This document shows, piece after piece, positions 1 through 11,391 of a DNA stretch of 32,000 nucleotides. The notes below the pieces were generated by a model. That model did not search any database. It was not told where the DNA came from and was given only the letters and a program-made list of their open reading frames with translations. Position 1 is the first letter of the stretch, and each line of letters begins with the position of its first letter. The position numbers and the translations under genes were made by a program. Where the stretch lies: the NCBI RefSeq assembly GCF_001272835.1, contig NZ_CP010546.1:30001-62000 (forward strand), written 5' to 3'. Source of the stretch: Mycoplasmoides pneumoniae FH. Its GTDB lineage: Bacteria; Bacillota_I; Bacilli_A; Mycoplasmatales; Mycoplasmoidaceae.

Positions 1-228
1 TGGAAGTTAAGGGACTTCATGAAGTTTGATGAATGGAACAAGATTTCCCAAGCAATGTTTGTGACCAAGGAAATCTTTGAAGAGGGTTATGAAGACCTGT
101 CCAACAAGAAGAAGGAAAACGAGGAAGAAGTGAATGACTTCATTATGGGCAATGATGGTGATGACAACAGTACCGGTGATGAAATTGTGCAAGGACTCAT
201 TAACGATTTTCGCGACGATAACCAATAA
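1..228 (+). CDS. rpoE: 3' part of a CDS entering from the left edge; acidic-tail protein, probably RNA polymerase delta subunit
   Basis: Frame 1 is open from base 1 (WKLRDF-MKFDEW...) to TAA 226-228. The last ~45 aa are D/E/N-rich (NKKKENEEEVNDFIMGNDGDDNSTGDE...DDNQ), as in Firmicute/Mollicute RpoE tails. The stop overlaps the fba ATG (TAATG). The call rests on composition and remembered Mycoplasma gene order, not on a search. Confidence 0.4.
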   Translation, partial: WKLRDFMKFDEWNKISQAMFVTKEIFEEGYEDLSNKKKENEEEVNDFIMGNDGDDNSTGDEIVQGLINDFRDDNQ

Positions 229-1094
229 TGCTAGTAAACATCAAACAAATGTTGCAACACGCTAAGCAACACCACTATGCTGTACCCCACATTAATATCA
301 ATAACTATGAATGGGCTAAGGCAGTATTAACAGCGGCTCAGCAGGCCAAGAGTCCGATTATTGTCTCCACTTCTGAGGGCGCTTTAAAGTATATGTCCGG
401 ACACCAAGTGGTAGTACCGATGGTAAAGGGCTTAGTCGATGCTTTAAAGATTACTGTACCCGTAGCACTCCACTTAGACCATGGTAGTTATGAAGGTTGT
501 AAGGCAGCGTTGCAAGCTGGGTTTAGTTCCATTATGTTTGATGGCTCGCATTTACCCTTTCAAGAAAACTTCACTAAATCCAAGGAGTTAATTGAACTAG
601 CTAAACAAACCAATGCTTCTGTGGAACTAGAAGTGGGTACCTTAGGTGGGGAAGAAGATGGTATTGTGGGTCAAGGTGAATTGGCCAACATTGAAGAGTG
701 CAAGCAAATTGCGACCTTAAAACCGGATGCCTTAGCTGCTGGGATTGGTAACATCCACGGGCTTTACCCCGACAACTGAAAGGGTTTAAACTATGAACTA
801 ATTGAAGCGATTGCTAAAGCGACTAACTTACCCTTAGTGCTCCATGGTGGTTCGGGAATTCCGGAAGCGGATGTCAAAAAAGCAATTGGCTTAGGCATTA
901 GCAAGCTCAACATTAACACTGAATGTCAACTAGCGTTTGCTAAAGCGATTCGGGAATATGTGGAAGCCAAGAAGGACTTAGATACCCACAATAAGGGCTA
1001 TGACCCACGGAAATTGTTAAAGTCACCTACCCAAGCAATTGTGGACTGCTGCTTGGAAAAGATGCAGCTCTGTGGTTCAACCAATAAGGCTTAG
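228..1094 (+). CDS. fba: Class II fructose-1,6-bisphosphate aldolase (288 aa)
   Basis: ORF fragments 228-779 and 837-1094 are in the same frame, separated only by TGA 777-779 (Trp). Class II aldolase motifs are present (VALHLDHG, FSSIMFDGS, LVLHGGSGIP, KLNINTE). Ends TAG 1092-1094. Confidence 0.93.
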
Positions 1095-2195
1095 ATGTTA
1101 AGTGCGGGAATTGTTGGTTTACCCAACGTTGGTAAATCAACCTTGTTTAGTGCTATTACCAACCTGCAAGTGGAAATAGCTAACTATCCCTTTGCCACGA
1201 TTGAACCGAATGCCGGGATAGTTAACGTAATCGATGAGCGCTTAGACAAACTAGCGAGTTTAATTAAACCCGATAAGGTTACCCACACTACCTTTCGCTT
1301 TGTTGACATTGCTGGTTTAGTTAAGGGTGCCAGTAAGGGAGAAGGACTGGGCAACCAGTTCTTGGCCAACATCAGAGAAGTTGACCTTATTTGTCACGTA
1401 GTGCGTTGCTATGAGGACAAGAAGATTGTCCACGTTAATAACCAGGTCGACCCCGTATTTGACTTTGAAATTATTGTCAATGAGTTAATCCAGGCCGACA
1501 TTGAGGTGGTGAATACCCGGATTGGCAAGATTAAGCGCAAGGCCGAATCTGGTGATAAGCAGTCCAAGGAAGAATATCAACTGCTAGCACCCGTTTTACA
1601 AGGTTTGCAACAAAACCAGATGGTGTTGCATCTAGTGAATGAAGTAGATTTAAAGAAACTCAAGTCACTTAATTTACTAACCGCCAAACCGATCCTAGTG
1701 GTGGCCAATGTGTCAGAAGCGGATTTGTCCAACCTTGACCATAATCCCCACCTCACTCAGCTCAACCAGTTCTTAAAACAACATAACTTACCCCATGCCA
1801 TTCCTGTTTGTGCATTATTAGAAAATGAGTTGAGTAGCTTGGATGCCAATGGTCGTCAAGACTGGCTCAAGGAGTTGGGTTTAAGTGATTACCAAGGTTT
1901 AAACCAACTAATTAAAACGGCTTATGATGCGATTGGTCTGTGGTCATTCTTTACCTTTGGTAAGCAAGAAGTGCGCGCTTGGGCTTTTAAAAAGGGTTGG
2001 TTAGCACCGCAGTGTGCGGGTGAAATTCACACTGACTTTGAACGTGGTTTTATTAAAGTAGAAGTAATTAGTTGAAACCAACTATACGAATTAAAATCGC
2101 TCCAGGAAGCCAAAAAGCAGGGCCTGGTCCGTTTAGAGGGCAAGGCTTACGTGATGCAAGATGGTGATGTGTGTCACTTTAAGTTTAACGTTTAG
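1095..2195 (+). CDS. ychF: Ribosome-binding ATPase YchF (366 aa)
   Basis: The N-terminal P-loop [14 protein letters not shown] and the [10 protein letters not shown] switch are present. The track ORF ends at TGA 2073-2075 and the frame continues ([39 protein letters not shown]) to TAG 2193-2195, a typical YchF C-terminus. The ATG directly abuts the fba stop. Confidence 0.93.
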
Positions 2196-3009
2196 CAAGT
2201 AACTGCTGAAACGAGTAAACAACCCAACTTTGCTTGTGGTTGTAACTAATACATAAACAACACAACTCATAGTTAAAAAAGACTTCCACCTGCCCCTTAG
2301 TTAACTTGTGGGTTTTAAATCAAGCTAACAGCGCTTTTTGACTGTCGGAATAGGCATCAAAACCAATGTTAATTAGGTTAACGGTGAGGTTCTTAGTTGG
2401 TTTTAACATTTGGTTAACCTTTCACCCTGACCCTCAACCAAGATAGGGTTTGGTTTCTATGACTGACTCCCCTTTAAAGTCCTTGGTGCCAAAGTACACC
2501 TTCGGGGCATTGGGCTCAGCTTTCTTAAAGTAAAACAGGGAAGGAAAACCCAGTTTGTTAGCGAGGTGCCGTGACCTTTGGTTGGATTCATAAAACGATC
2601 ACACTAATTCCCGCGGTTGCAACGTACGCTGGTAGTACTTAAGAAAGAAACTAATTGTTTCTAAAGCGACACCACTTTGTTGTTGACTGGGATCAATCCA
2701 AAACGATAATACCGGCATGTTGCCCCATTGCCCGACACAAAACCAACCCAAAAACTGCTTGTTTTTAAATAAGAGCGCTAACAGTTTACCGGGTTGCAGT
2801 TTGTCGTGGATGTATTCCAAGAACTGCTCAAAGTTTTCCACAATTTGCGCCATATAGTTAGTAGCACTTAAGGTGGTCCGGTGCTTCATGAAAACATTAA
2901 AAGCAGCTTTGACCTGTTTATTTTTGACCAACTTATTGGGGTTTTTCAGTGCCATTAGTTGGTAACGATCACCAAAAAAGCAAAACTCAAGAATAGTGTT
3001 TTTATCCAT
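2185..3009 (-). CDS. Hypothetical protein with a GNAT (RimJ/RimL-like) acetyltransferase-type core and an extra ~100-aa C-terminal region (274 aa)
   Basis: The minus ORF 2599-3009 stops at a TGA (plus tca 2599-2601). Reading it as Trp, the frame stays open through four more TGA codons to TAA (plus tta 2185-2187). The segment ...[25 protein letters not shown]...[25 protein letters not shown] resembles the GNAT beta4-alpha3 and N..S...a.KLGF motifs. The function is inferred from motifs only. Confidence 0.6.
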
Positions 3010-3041
3010 TTCAAAAGTCTTTTATAATCTTAAAGATAGTT

Positions 3042-3941
3042 GTGCAATTCAAGTATTTATTCACCGTGATTATTCCCACTTACAATTGTGGTCAATACAT
3101 CCCAAAAGCATTAGATTCCTTGCTTTTACAAGGTGAATATTTTACTAAGACCCAAGTTTTAATCGTCAATGATGGTTCGACTGATAATACCAAGCAGATC
3201 GTAGAACCCTATACCCAACAATACAGTAACATTGAGTACTTGGAAAAACCCAATGGCAATTGAGGCAGTGTGGTCAACTTTGTCAAACAAAACCAGTTAG
3301 CTAAGGGTCAGTACATTACTGTATTAGACAGCGATGATTATTTTCTAGCTAACGCTTTTCAACGCGTAGCTGCTCACTTTGGCCATGACATGATTGTGAG
3401 CGCCTTTTACTGTTACATTAGCCCTAAAAGAAGGCGTTTTCTCAAACCATACTTTGGTAAAACGGGGGTAATTGAACAAAAGACTAAACTACGCACACCC
3501 CATTCCCAACCCTTGGCTAAGTTCTACCGCCACGAGATCTTTAACTTGCTAGATCCTTTAAAAGAAAAGCTGTTTTACCAGGACTGTCTGTTGTACCATA
3601 ATGCCATCAATAAGGTGCAAAGTGTCTTTTACATTTGTGAACCCTTAGCAGTGTGGTATGCCACTAGACCAGGTAATTCCACCACTATGCCCTGAAATAA
3701 TGCCGATAAGTTCCAGGCCTGGTGTGACTTGCTCAAACAAATGAACTTATACGGCGCGGGTATAGTGATTTACATTTACACTATGTTACCTGGTTTTTTA
3801 AAAGAATTAAAACGGCAACAACTAGTGTTAGATTTAGCTAAAAAACCCGCTTATACCTGATTGCCCCAACCCTTAGCATTTCTGTTTGGTGGCTTAATGG
3901 CACTCAGGACAAGAAAGTACATTCGTTACCCTAAGAATTAA
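3042..3941 (+). CDS. Family-2 glycosyltransferase (299 aa)
   Basis: Fragments 3042-3263 and 3270-3695 plus a tail to TAA 3939-3941 are one frame, joined through TGA codons at 3261, 3693 and 3858. GT-A signature: FTVIIPTYNCGQYIPKALDSLLLQ, VNDGSTDNT, VLDSDD. The start is GTG 3042; no in-frame ATG lies nearby. Confidence 0.85.
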
Positions 3942-3961
3942 GATTAAGATAGATAAAGCAT

Positions 3962-4534
3962 ATGGCAGACATGATTGAAGCGAAAAGTTTACGCAGTGGA
4001 CAAACGATTTTTGGTCCCAATAAAGAGATTCTGTTGGTGTTAGAAAACACCTTTAATAAGACCGCAATGCGCCAGGGAATTGTTAAAACCAAGGTCAAAA
4101 ACTTACGCACTGGGGCCATTGTTTGGATTGAGTTTACCGGAGACAAGTTAGAACAAGTCATTATTGACAAGAAGAAAATGACCTTCTTGTACAAGGATGG
4201 TGCTAACTATGTTTTTATGGACCAACAAGACTACAGTCAAATTGAGATCCCCGAAAAGCAGTTAGAGTGGGAAAAGAACTTTATCACTGAAGACAGTGAA
4301 GTTACTATTATTAGCTACCAAAGTGAAATTTTGGGCGTTAACCTACCCGAATTAGTGCCGATTGAAGTGGAATTTGCCGAAGAAGCAGTGCAAGGTAATA
4401 CCGCTAACATGGCGCGTAAACGGGCTCGGTTAGTTTCGGGTTACGAATTAGATGTGCCCCAGTTCATTCGTACTGGTGATAAGATTGTGATTTCCACCAT
4501 TGACGGGAGCTATCGTGAACGGTACAACAAGTAA
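3962..4534 (+). CDS. efp: Translation elongation factor P (190 aa)
   Basis: Intact ATG-to-TAA ORF. The sequence is EF-P-like throughout (SLRSGQTI...KTAMRQGIVKTKVKNLRTGA..., C-terminal OB domain ...ARLVSGYELDVPQFIRTGDKIVISTIDGSY). Confidence 0.92.
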   Translation: MADMIEAKSLRSGQTIFGPNKEILLVLENTFNKTAMRQGIVKTKVKNLRTGAIVWIEFTGDKLEQVIIDKKKMTFLYKDGANYVFMDQQDYSQIEIPEKQLEWEKNFITEDSEVTIISYQSEILGVNLPELVPIEVEFAEEAVQGNTANMARKRARLVSGYELDVPQFIRTGDKIVISTIDGSYRERYNK

Positions 4535-4958
4535 ATTAACTAGAACCCAAAGACGGATTGCAATTGTGGAGTTTATCTTCGCCACGCTGTTCTTTTTACC
4601 GAAAACTGCTGACCAAATCCAAGCGGCCTTTTTGGACTATGATGTGCCAGAACGTCCGCTCAACGATTGGCAAAAAGAGATTGTCAAAGTCTTTAGTGAA
4701 CGTTGTGTGGAATTCATTGAACTAATTGAAAACCAACAACAACGCAACCAAGCAGAAGTACAAAGCAAGTACAACAAGGTTTCCGGTAAAAAAGTCGACT
4801 TATTGACTAAGGCCGTGATTCTCTGTGCTTTGAGCGAACAACACGCGCAAGCGACTGATAAACCATTATTAATTAGTGAAGCCTTACTGATTATGGACCA
4901 CTATTCCCAGGTACCCGAAAAGAAGCAAACCCATGCTTTATTGGATAAACTCTTGTAA
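4500..4958 (+). CDS. nusB: Transcription antitermination factor NusB-like (about 147-152 aa)
   Basis: The ORF lies directly after, and overlaps, efp. An N-terminal TRTQRRIAIVEFIF block resembles the NusB R..AR..A.Q.L motif, and the position matches efp-nusB synteny in Mycoplasma. The start is uncertain (TTG 4500 or GTG 4515). Ends TAA 4956-4958. Confidence 0.65.
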   Translation: MTGAIVNGTTSKLTRTQRRIAIVEFIFATLFFLPKTADQIQAAFLDYDVPERPLNDWQKEIVKVFSERCVEFIELIENQQQRNQAEVQSKYNKVSGKKVDLLTKAVILCALSEQHAQATDKPLLISEALLIMDHYSQVPEKKQTHALLDKLL

Positions 4959-5569
4959 TGCGACGTAATTGAAGGGAACACTATAACGTGTTTGTAGCAA
5001 ACCTAGCCTTAGTGTTGGGTTTTATGTTGAACATTGTGGTGGCGCGGTATACCTTAACTGGTGCTACGCCCCAAGCACGTTTTTTATTCCTCACACCCTT
5101 TTTAGGCATAGTAGCAGCGAGTATCTTCTACTTCTTTGATGTGAAGTGGTTCTTAGCGGATTATCCCTACAAGAAGTTCCATTTTCAAAAGAAGTGAACC
5201 TGGACTTACTTAAGTGGCGTATTTGTTTTCTTTGCTAATATCTTGGTTAATGTGATCTTGTTAGCACTCCTCGTTAACCAGATGACCAACCAAATCCTTA
5301 GTGAAAAGTATACGGGTTTACTGGACAACGCTTACCCACTACTTTGATCCGCTGTGGGTGTTAGTATCTTTTTGAGCTTAATTAGTATTGGTTTGAGCAA
5401 AACAGCCCACTTTAAAATTGATGTGGAAATGCTCAAAGCGAAAAAAGGCGAACCCACCGCCGCTGATAAAACCGACAGCCGGCCGGTAGTTGTTGATTTA
5501 GACCAAACTAAATCAAAAAAAGATGGGGATAACCCACCCCAAGCTTCGGGTGATATGACTAGTCTTTAG
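4958..5569 (+). CDS. Small polytopic membrane protein with a charged C-terminal tail (203 aa)
   Basis: Fragments 4988-5197 and 5354-5569 share a frame and are joined through TGA 5195 and TGA 5345. ATG 4958-4960 overlaps the nusB stop (TAATG), with TGA 4970 in frame. There are four hydrophobic segments followed by ...KAKKGEPTAADKTDSRPVVVDLDQTKSKKDGDNPPQASGDMTSL. GTG 4988 is an alternative start. Confidence 0.6.
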
Positions 5570-6119
5570 CTTCGTTACCGAACAAGCGGTGGTTAATTAA
5601 CTCGTTTAAACTAGTGTCATCAAACAAGGTGCAGACCGCAGTAGTTGCAAATGCCAAAGCACAACCAGCACTACGACCAGTGACGAGTTTATTGTGGACC
5701 GTAACTGGGCTAACATTGCGGTGCTTTGATCACTTTAAGCTATGATTGGGAAACGAGGAGTAGTTTTCCGTTTCACTAATAATGCCGTGCTTTTACAACA
5801 CGTTGGGGGTATCACAAATGGCAAAGACATACTTGTCATGATCCTTAAAGTAACGGATAGTGTCGAGTAACTGTTGGTCATGGTCTAATACCTTGGTAGC
5901 TCCCATACCGCCAGGGATAAAGACACCATCAAATTCCTCCAGATTAACCTTGCTAGTAATCTGGTTTACTAAAGTTACCCCATTACTGCCCTTAACTGTA
6001 CTTAAGTTAGGGTGATAAATCACGGTTTGTAATTCTTTAACAAAACCAAATACCACCATTGTGTTGGTGTATTCCACATCATTCATGTCAGGGTAAACAA
6101 TGACTAAGAGTTTTTTCAT
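5559..6119 (-). pseudogene. DJ-1/PfpI-family protein interrupted by one in-frame TAA (would be 186 aa)
   Basis: The minus ORF 5793-6119 (MKKLLVIVYPDMNDVEY...FIPGGMGA...YVFAICDTPNVL) stops at a real TAA (plus tta 5793-5795), just after the nucleophile-elbow Cys. The same frame continues as KHGIISETENYSSFPNHSLKWSKHRNVSPVTVHNKLVTGRSAGCALAFATTAVCTLF... to TAG (plus cta 5559-5561). That continuation is the expected C-terminal half of a DJ-1 fold. Confidence 0.75.
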
Positions 6120-6122
6120 CTT

Positions 6123-6743
6123 TTATTTAGTACCAAATAAGCGATCCCCAGCATCACCAAGCCCGGGAATAATGTAATTATCCTTATTTAATTTTTCATC
6201 AATGGCTGCTAGGTAAATGTCCACATCAGGGTGCGCTGCTTCCACGGCTTTAATGCCCTCTGGTGCTGCTACTATGGCCACCACACTAATCTTAATCGGG
6301 TGGTTCTTTTTAATGGAACTAATGGCTGTGGCTAGGGTAGTACCAGTAGCTAGCATTGGGTCTAAGATAATCACGTGGGAGTTGCCAATGTTTTCGGGCA
6401 TTTTCTTATAGTAAGAAATTACATTAGTGCCCTCATGTTCACGGTAGATCCCTAAGTGACCCACACGAATCTTTTCCGAATAGCGCACAATTGGGTCAAC
6501 CATACCCAGGCCAGCGCGCATTATGGGGACTAGAACAATTTCGTTTTTGAGCTTATAACCCTTCGTTTTGGTAAACGGGGTTTTTACAACAATTTCTTCT
6601 AAGGGTGATTCCTTAGTTACTTCAAAAAAGAGTAGTGAAGTGATTTGGCTTAACGCCATCCGAAATTGCGAGGAGGAAGAAGATTTATCACGTAGCTTTG
6701 TCAATTCGTTTTCGATCAAAGCGTGGTGCACTTTTTTGATCAC
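6123..6743 (-). CDS. upp: Uracil phosphoribosyltransferase (206 aa)
   Basis: Intact minus ORF with the PRPP-binding loop [13 protein letters not shown] and the C-terminal [16 protein letters not shown] signature of Upp. Its stop lies 3 nt upstream of the DJ-1-like ATG. Confidence 0.93.
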
Positions 6744-6782
6744 GGTTAAAGATAGTCTTAATAAGGTTATATTAAAGATTGA

Positions 6783-9700
6783 CTAAAAAAGTTTTTTCTG
6801 GTTGTCTTGCTCCCTAAACTCATCGAGTAGTTGCATTTGGGTAAACGCTTCAATGTGTTTTTTGGTAATTTTAGTGCGTTTTTTAAAGTCATCGAGCGAA
6901 CTAAAGGGCTTTTCGTTACGCGCTTCTATGATCGAATTGGCCACAGCTTCCCCCATCCCCGGAATCGTAATAAAAGGGGCAATTAGCATGCCGTTGTGCT
7001 CGACAAAACGAGTGGCGTGGGAGTGGGTTAAAGAGATTTGTTCTAGTTTAATGCCGCGGGCCATCATCTCTAAATAAACCTCGTAACTGGTTAACAGTTC
7101 TGCTTCTTTGGGTTTAATCCGTTTAATGCGGTACAGTGTGTTGAGCTCCTCTAGTTTTTGCTTGACAAAGCTCACACCTGATTTAAAACCACTGACATCA
7201 TGTTCCTTGAGTTTAAAGCTCAACAAACAAGCATAGTAGCTCAACGGGTGGTACAGTTTGAACCAGGCAATTCGTCAGGCCATTAAAACATAAGCCGCGG
7301 CGTGGGCTTTCGGGAACAGGTAGCTAATCTTTAAACACGAATTAATCCAGTGTTGTTCGACCCCATTGCTCTGCATTAATTGCACTTCCTTGGCATTGAG
7401 AGCAATTCCCTTACGCACCTTTTCCATGATCTCAAAAGCATCTTTGGCCTGCATCCCCTTATGAATGAGGTAGAGCATAATGTCATCGCGACAGGCAATT
7501 ACATCCTTTAAGCTTAAGTTTTGGTCCTTCAAGATTTTCTGCGCATTGTCCGCCCACACGTTCTTCCCGTGACTTAGACCCGAGACGCGAATGAGGTCAC
7601 CAAAGCCCTTTGGTTTGGTTTGTTCCAAGATCTTGCGAACGAACTTAGTACCAAACTCGGGAATCCCAATCGCTCCCGTGGGTTCATCTAAGTAGTGCGG
7701 TTTTAGTTTTAAGGGATTGACCGACCAAAACATTTCGGTGAGCTTCTTGTCAAACCGGGGAATGTTTTGTGGATTGACATGGGTAAGATCGGCCAGGTGC
7801 TTTAACATAGTCGGATCATCCTGGCCCAGAATATCTAACTTTAAGATGGTGTCCCCTAACGCATCATATTCAAAGTGGGTCGTTTTTCAATCACTGGAAG
7901 TATCATCAGCTGGATAACCACACGGGGTAAACTCATATACCGATTTGTGGTTGGGGAAGATCATAATCCCCCCGGGGTGTTGGCCGGTCGTGCGTTTAAT
8001 CCCGACTAACTTTTGCTTAAAGCGTTCAATTTCGGGAGCGGTGGCCAATTCGGTTTGTTTAATAATTTCAAAGTAGTTGCGCGCATACCCGTAAGCCGTT
8101 TTTTCGGCCACTGTCGCAATTGTGCCAGCACGGAAGGTGTACTGTTCACCAAACAGTTCCCTCACATAAGCATGGGCTTTGGCTTGGTACTCACTGGAAA
8201 AGTTTAAGTCAATATCGGGAATCTTGTCCCCAGCAAAACCCATAAAGGTAGCAAAGGGAATGTTATGACCATCACCCTTAAAGGCTGCTTTGGCACCACA
8301 CTTTGGACAATCCCTTACCATGAGGTCATACCCATCATCGACCTCTTCGTTGACCTCAAAGTACTGACAGCTCTCACAGAGATAATGCGGCACTAAGGGA
8401 TTAATTTCCGAGATACCAATCAGGTTAGCTACCAACGAAGAACCAATTGAACCCCGCGGTCCAACAAAGTAACCATCTTGAACCGATTGTTTGACTAGTA
8501 AATGGGAAATCCAGTAAATAATGCCAAAGCCATTGTCAATGATCGCTTTTAACTCTTCCTGGATCCGTTGTTCTATTAACTTAGGTAAGGGATCACCGTA
8601 AATGGCCTTGGCTTGACTCCAGGTTTTGGCTGCCAGGTTTTCGTTAGAACCTTCAATTACTGGTGGTTGGAGTTTGGTTTGCACTGGTACCAGGTCATCA
8701 GCGGTGAGTTGTTTCGCTAACTTATTGGTGTTTTTGACCACTAACTCGTAAGCTAATTGTTCGCCTAAAAAACTCATTTCATTGAGCATTTCCCCTGTGG
8801 TACGCACAAACACATTGGGAACCCGTTGTTCCCTTTCCTTATAGTTAAAGTGACGGTGTCAACGCCCACCCAGACCCTTGGCACAAACTATGGCCTTATA
8901 GTACTCATTCTCCCAGGGGTGAATAAAGTAAGCATCCGAGGCAACTGCCACTAACTTATTGAGTCTTTGGGCCGTGTCCACCACTAACTTAATTGCGTTA
9001 GGAATGGCTTCTTTTTTCAAACCTTCCCTGATGGTGTAACCAGCATAAGCATCAGGTGGGGCAATTAAAACAAAGTCAACTCTTTTAATGGCCGCTTCTA
9101 ATTCTTTAAGCGGTTTAGTCAATGCCGCTTTAAAGATATCACCTTGCACCGGGTTATCAGTAATGACAAAGGATTTAGCAAACTTTTGGAGTGTTGAAGT
9201 TAACACTAGGGGTCGAGTAGCGTTGTTATCGGTGAGCGCAATTGATAACAGTTCATACAGTTTAGCAAACCCACTTTGGCTCTTAATGTAGATAATGCCG
9301 GTATTGGTAAAAGTGCGCTTGAGCAGTTCAAAGTGGCACTGCTGGTTTAACTCTTGGTCTAACTGCTCGAGATTAGTAATCCCCATGAGTTCGACCTGTT
9401 CCTTGAAGTAGTCAAAGACCTTCTTTAAGGCCTGGGTATCATAATCCGCTCGGTGCAACCGTTCATCATCAAAGTCAAACTTGAGCTTGGCACAAATATT
9501 GCTCAACGTATGGGAGGCAAACCCGGGATTTAAGGCCCAGGATAAGGCTAAGGTATCAATTAAGGGATTGGTTAGTGGCGCAATGTTGTATTTTTCAAAC
9601 TGGGTTTGTAAAAAGGGCAAGTCAAAACTCAAACCGTTATGGGCTACCATTACACAACCATCTAGTCAAGCGCGCAGTTTTTCCAACCCCGCTTGCTGTT

Positions 9701-11114
9701 CCATCCCATCTTCTAGTTGTGCTTGGGTAATCTTGGTAATTTCGGTAACTGCTGCAGGTAAGGGTCCATCAATCTTGAGAAAGAACTGCATTCGTTCCAC
9801 TTCACGGTTATGTTTGACCTTAATTCCCGCAAACTCAATCACCGAGTCATACCGACCGTGTAACCCAGTTGTTTCAATGTCGAAGATGACAAAGGTCGCA
9901 TCCTTAAGTTTGGTTTTATCAGGATTGCTAACTATCTTAATGTGATCATCAATGAGGTTACATTCCAAACCATAAATGGCCTTCAAGCCGTACTTTTTGG
10001 CCACTTCATATAAAGTGGGATAAATGTGAATGTTGTCCTTGTCAGTGACAGCAATTGTCTTCCAATCGCGTTCTTTGGCAAACTGGGCGTATTCCTGGAC
10101 ACTGTTAATGCCATCAAAGGCACTCATCTTGGTGTGGAAAACTAATTCGACCCGTTTTTGTTTGTCCTGATCGGGGCGGCGATAGTAAGCGGGGGTTTCA
10201 ATCGGGGAAATTTCCTTAATGATACCCTGGAGTAGTTGGGTCTTGGCATCACGTTCGACCTTAACCGTGGCCTTAACTCAGGTACCAATCTTAATGCCCT
10301 CAATTGTTTTGGGATCCTTGTAAAACCACTTCAAAATTAACGAACCACCTAGTTGGAAATCAGTGACATAAATATTAAGGGTATTACGGAGGTTGTTGTA
10401 CCCAGGAAAGTCCTTTAACTCAAAGATTTGCCCCATTAGTTTGATCTCATCCATTTGTTGGTTAATCTTGTGAATGGGGACAAATTCCGTACTAAAGACC
10501 TCGGTTTCAAACTGCTTGTCGTACTTGGATACCTTCATTGATTTCACTTTTAGTTGTTTTTCCGCTGGTGGATTAAACAACGAGACAAAACCAAAGTGGG
10601 TAAACCCAGCTTGGTGCATCCACTTAATGAAGGCTTGGCGTTGTTCAATTAACCATTGGTCTAATTCTTGGGACTGGCAGTTAGCTTTCAGTTCATGGTT
10701 ACTGTAGGACAAGAAGTTAGGATGGGTTAACTCTTGCTCTAACAGGATGCGGTACTTCTTGTCCTTACCAAAGAAGCTTTTGAAGTAGTCTTTGATAATG
10801 GCTAAGGTGACACTGGACTTAGTGGACCCGTCCTTAAAGAAGGTGGCATCTTCTTGGAAGGTAATCCTCAGTTCTGCCCCTTCCACATCCTGAAAGCCCT
10901 CATACAGGGCGTTTCAAATGTCAATTGTTAACGGTTTTTTTAAAGTGAGCGCCACGAGAAACAGGGCGTTTTCGCGATCATTCTCGAGGTAAACCAGTTC
11001 AATCCGGTTGTTGAGTTGGTGCAATTCGTTGTGATCGAGAATATTTTTCTTAACTAAAAACTGTGATAATGCTAAAATGCGTTTACCCTTTTCGGTTTCG
11101 GTGTCGAATACCAT
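6783..11114 (-). CDS. polC: DNA polymerase III alpha subunit, Gram-positive PolC type (1443 aa)
   Basis: Seven minus-strand track fragments (6783-7244, 7275-7808, 7887-8813, 8859-9650, 9666-10127, 10278-10886, 10914-11114) all have the same frame (end coordinate mod 3 = 2) and are separated only by TGA. The protein contains the exonuclease motif FVIFDIETTGL...MVAHNGLSFDLPFL, the polymerase core (GPRGSIGSSLVANLIGISEINPL, Zn finger CESCQY...CPKCG) and a C-terminal HhH region. Ends TAG. Confidence 0.95.
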
Positions 11115-11323
11115 ATGTGCTAGTTCAAAGCTTATAAAACTGAAAAGGTAACAGCTTTATTTAACTGTTACCCGACGGTATTAGTTTACTATCTTGATCG
11201 TTTTGAAAACTTAAATGGTTAGTTAACTAGGTTCATTTCAACCACTACCTTTTTCAAGTTCCCGATTTGGTGTTCAAACCTAAAAAAAGGTTTGCTAAAC
11301 TTAGGTGAGATTGCAAGATCTCG

Positions 11324-11337
11324 TTTAAATTTCCTCT
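11324..11337 (+). promoter_or_regulatory. Family-conserved upstream box, copy upstream of paralog 1
   Basis: TTTAAATTTCCTCT lies about 55 nt upstream of ATG 11392. It aligns with TTTAAATTTTCTCTC (paralog 2), TTAAATATCCTTTT (paralog 3) and TTAAATTTTCTTTG (paralogs 5 and 6). It contains a TAAATT -10-like hexamer. The downstream GGTTGG...CCAAC part is degenerate here. Confidence 0.4.
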
Positions 11338-11391
11338 GTTGCTAGTGGTAGTGTACCCAACTTTAATGCCATAAACGATTGCTATTTATTG

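Noticed and set aside
9481-9945. 154-aa plus-strand ORF (and other 60-90-aa plus ORFs at 6217, 6568, 6802, 7717, 8013, 9088, 10474) inside the polC/upp region
   Set aside because: These lie antisense to strongly conserved polC and upp coding sequence. Their composition is Ser/Cys/Leu-rich shadow-frame composition, and they have no start context. They are explained as antisense shadow ORFs.
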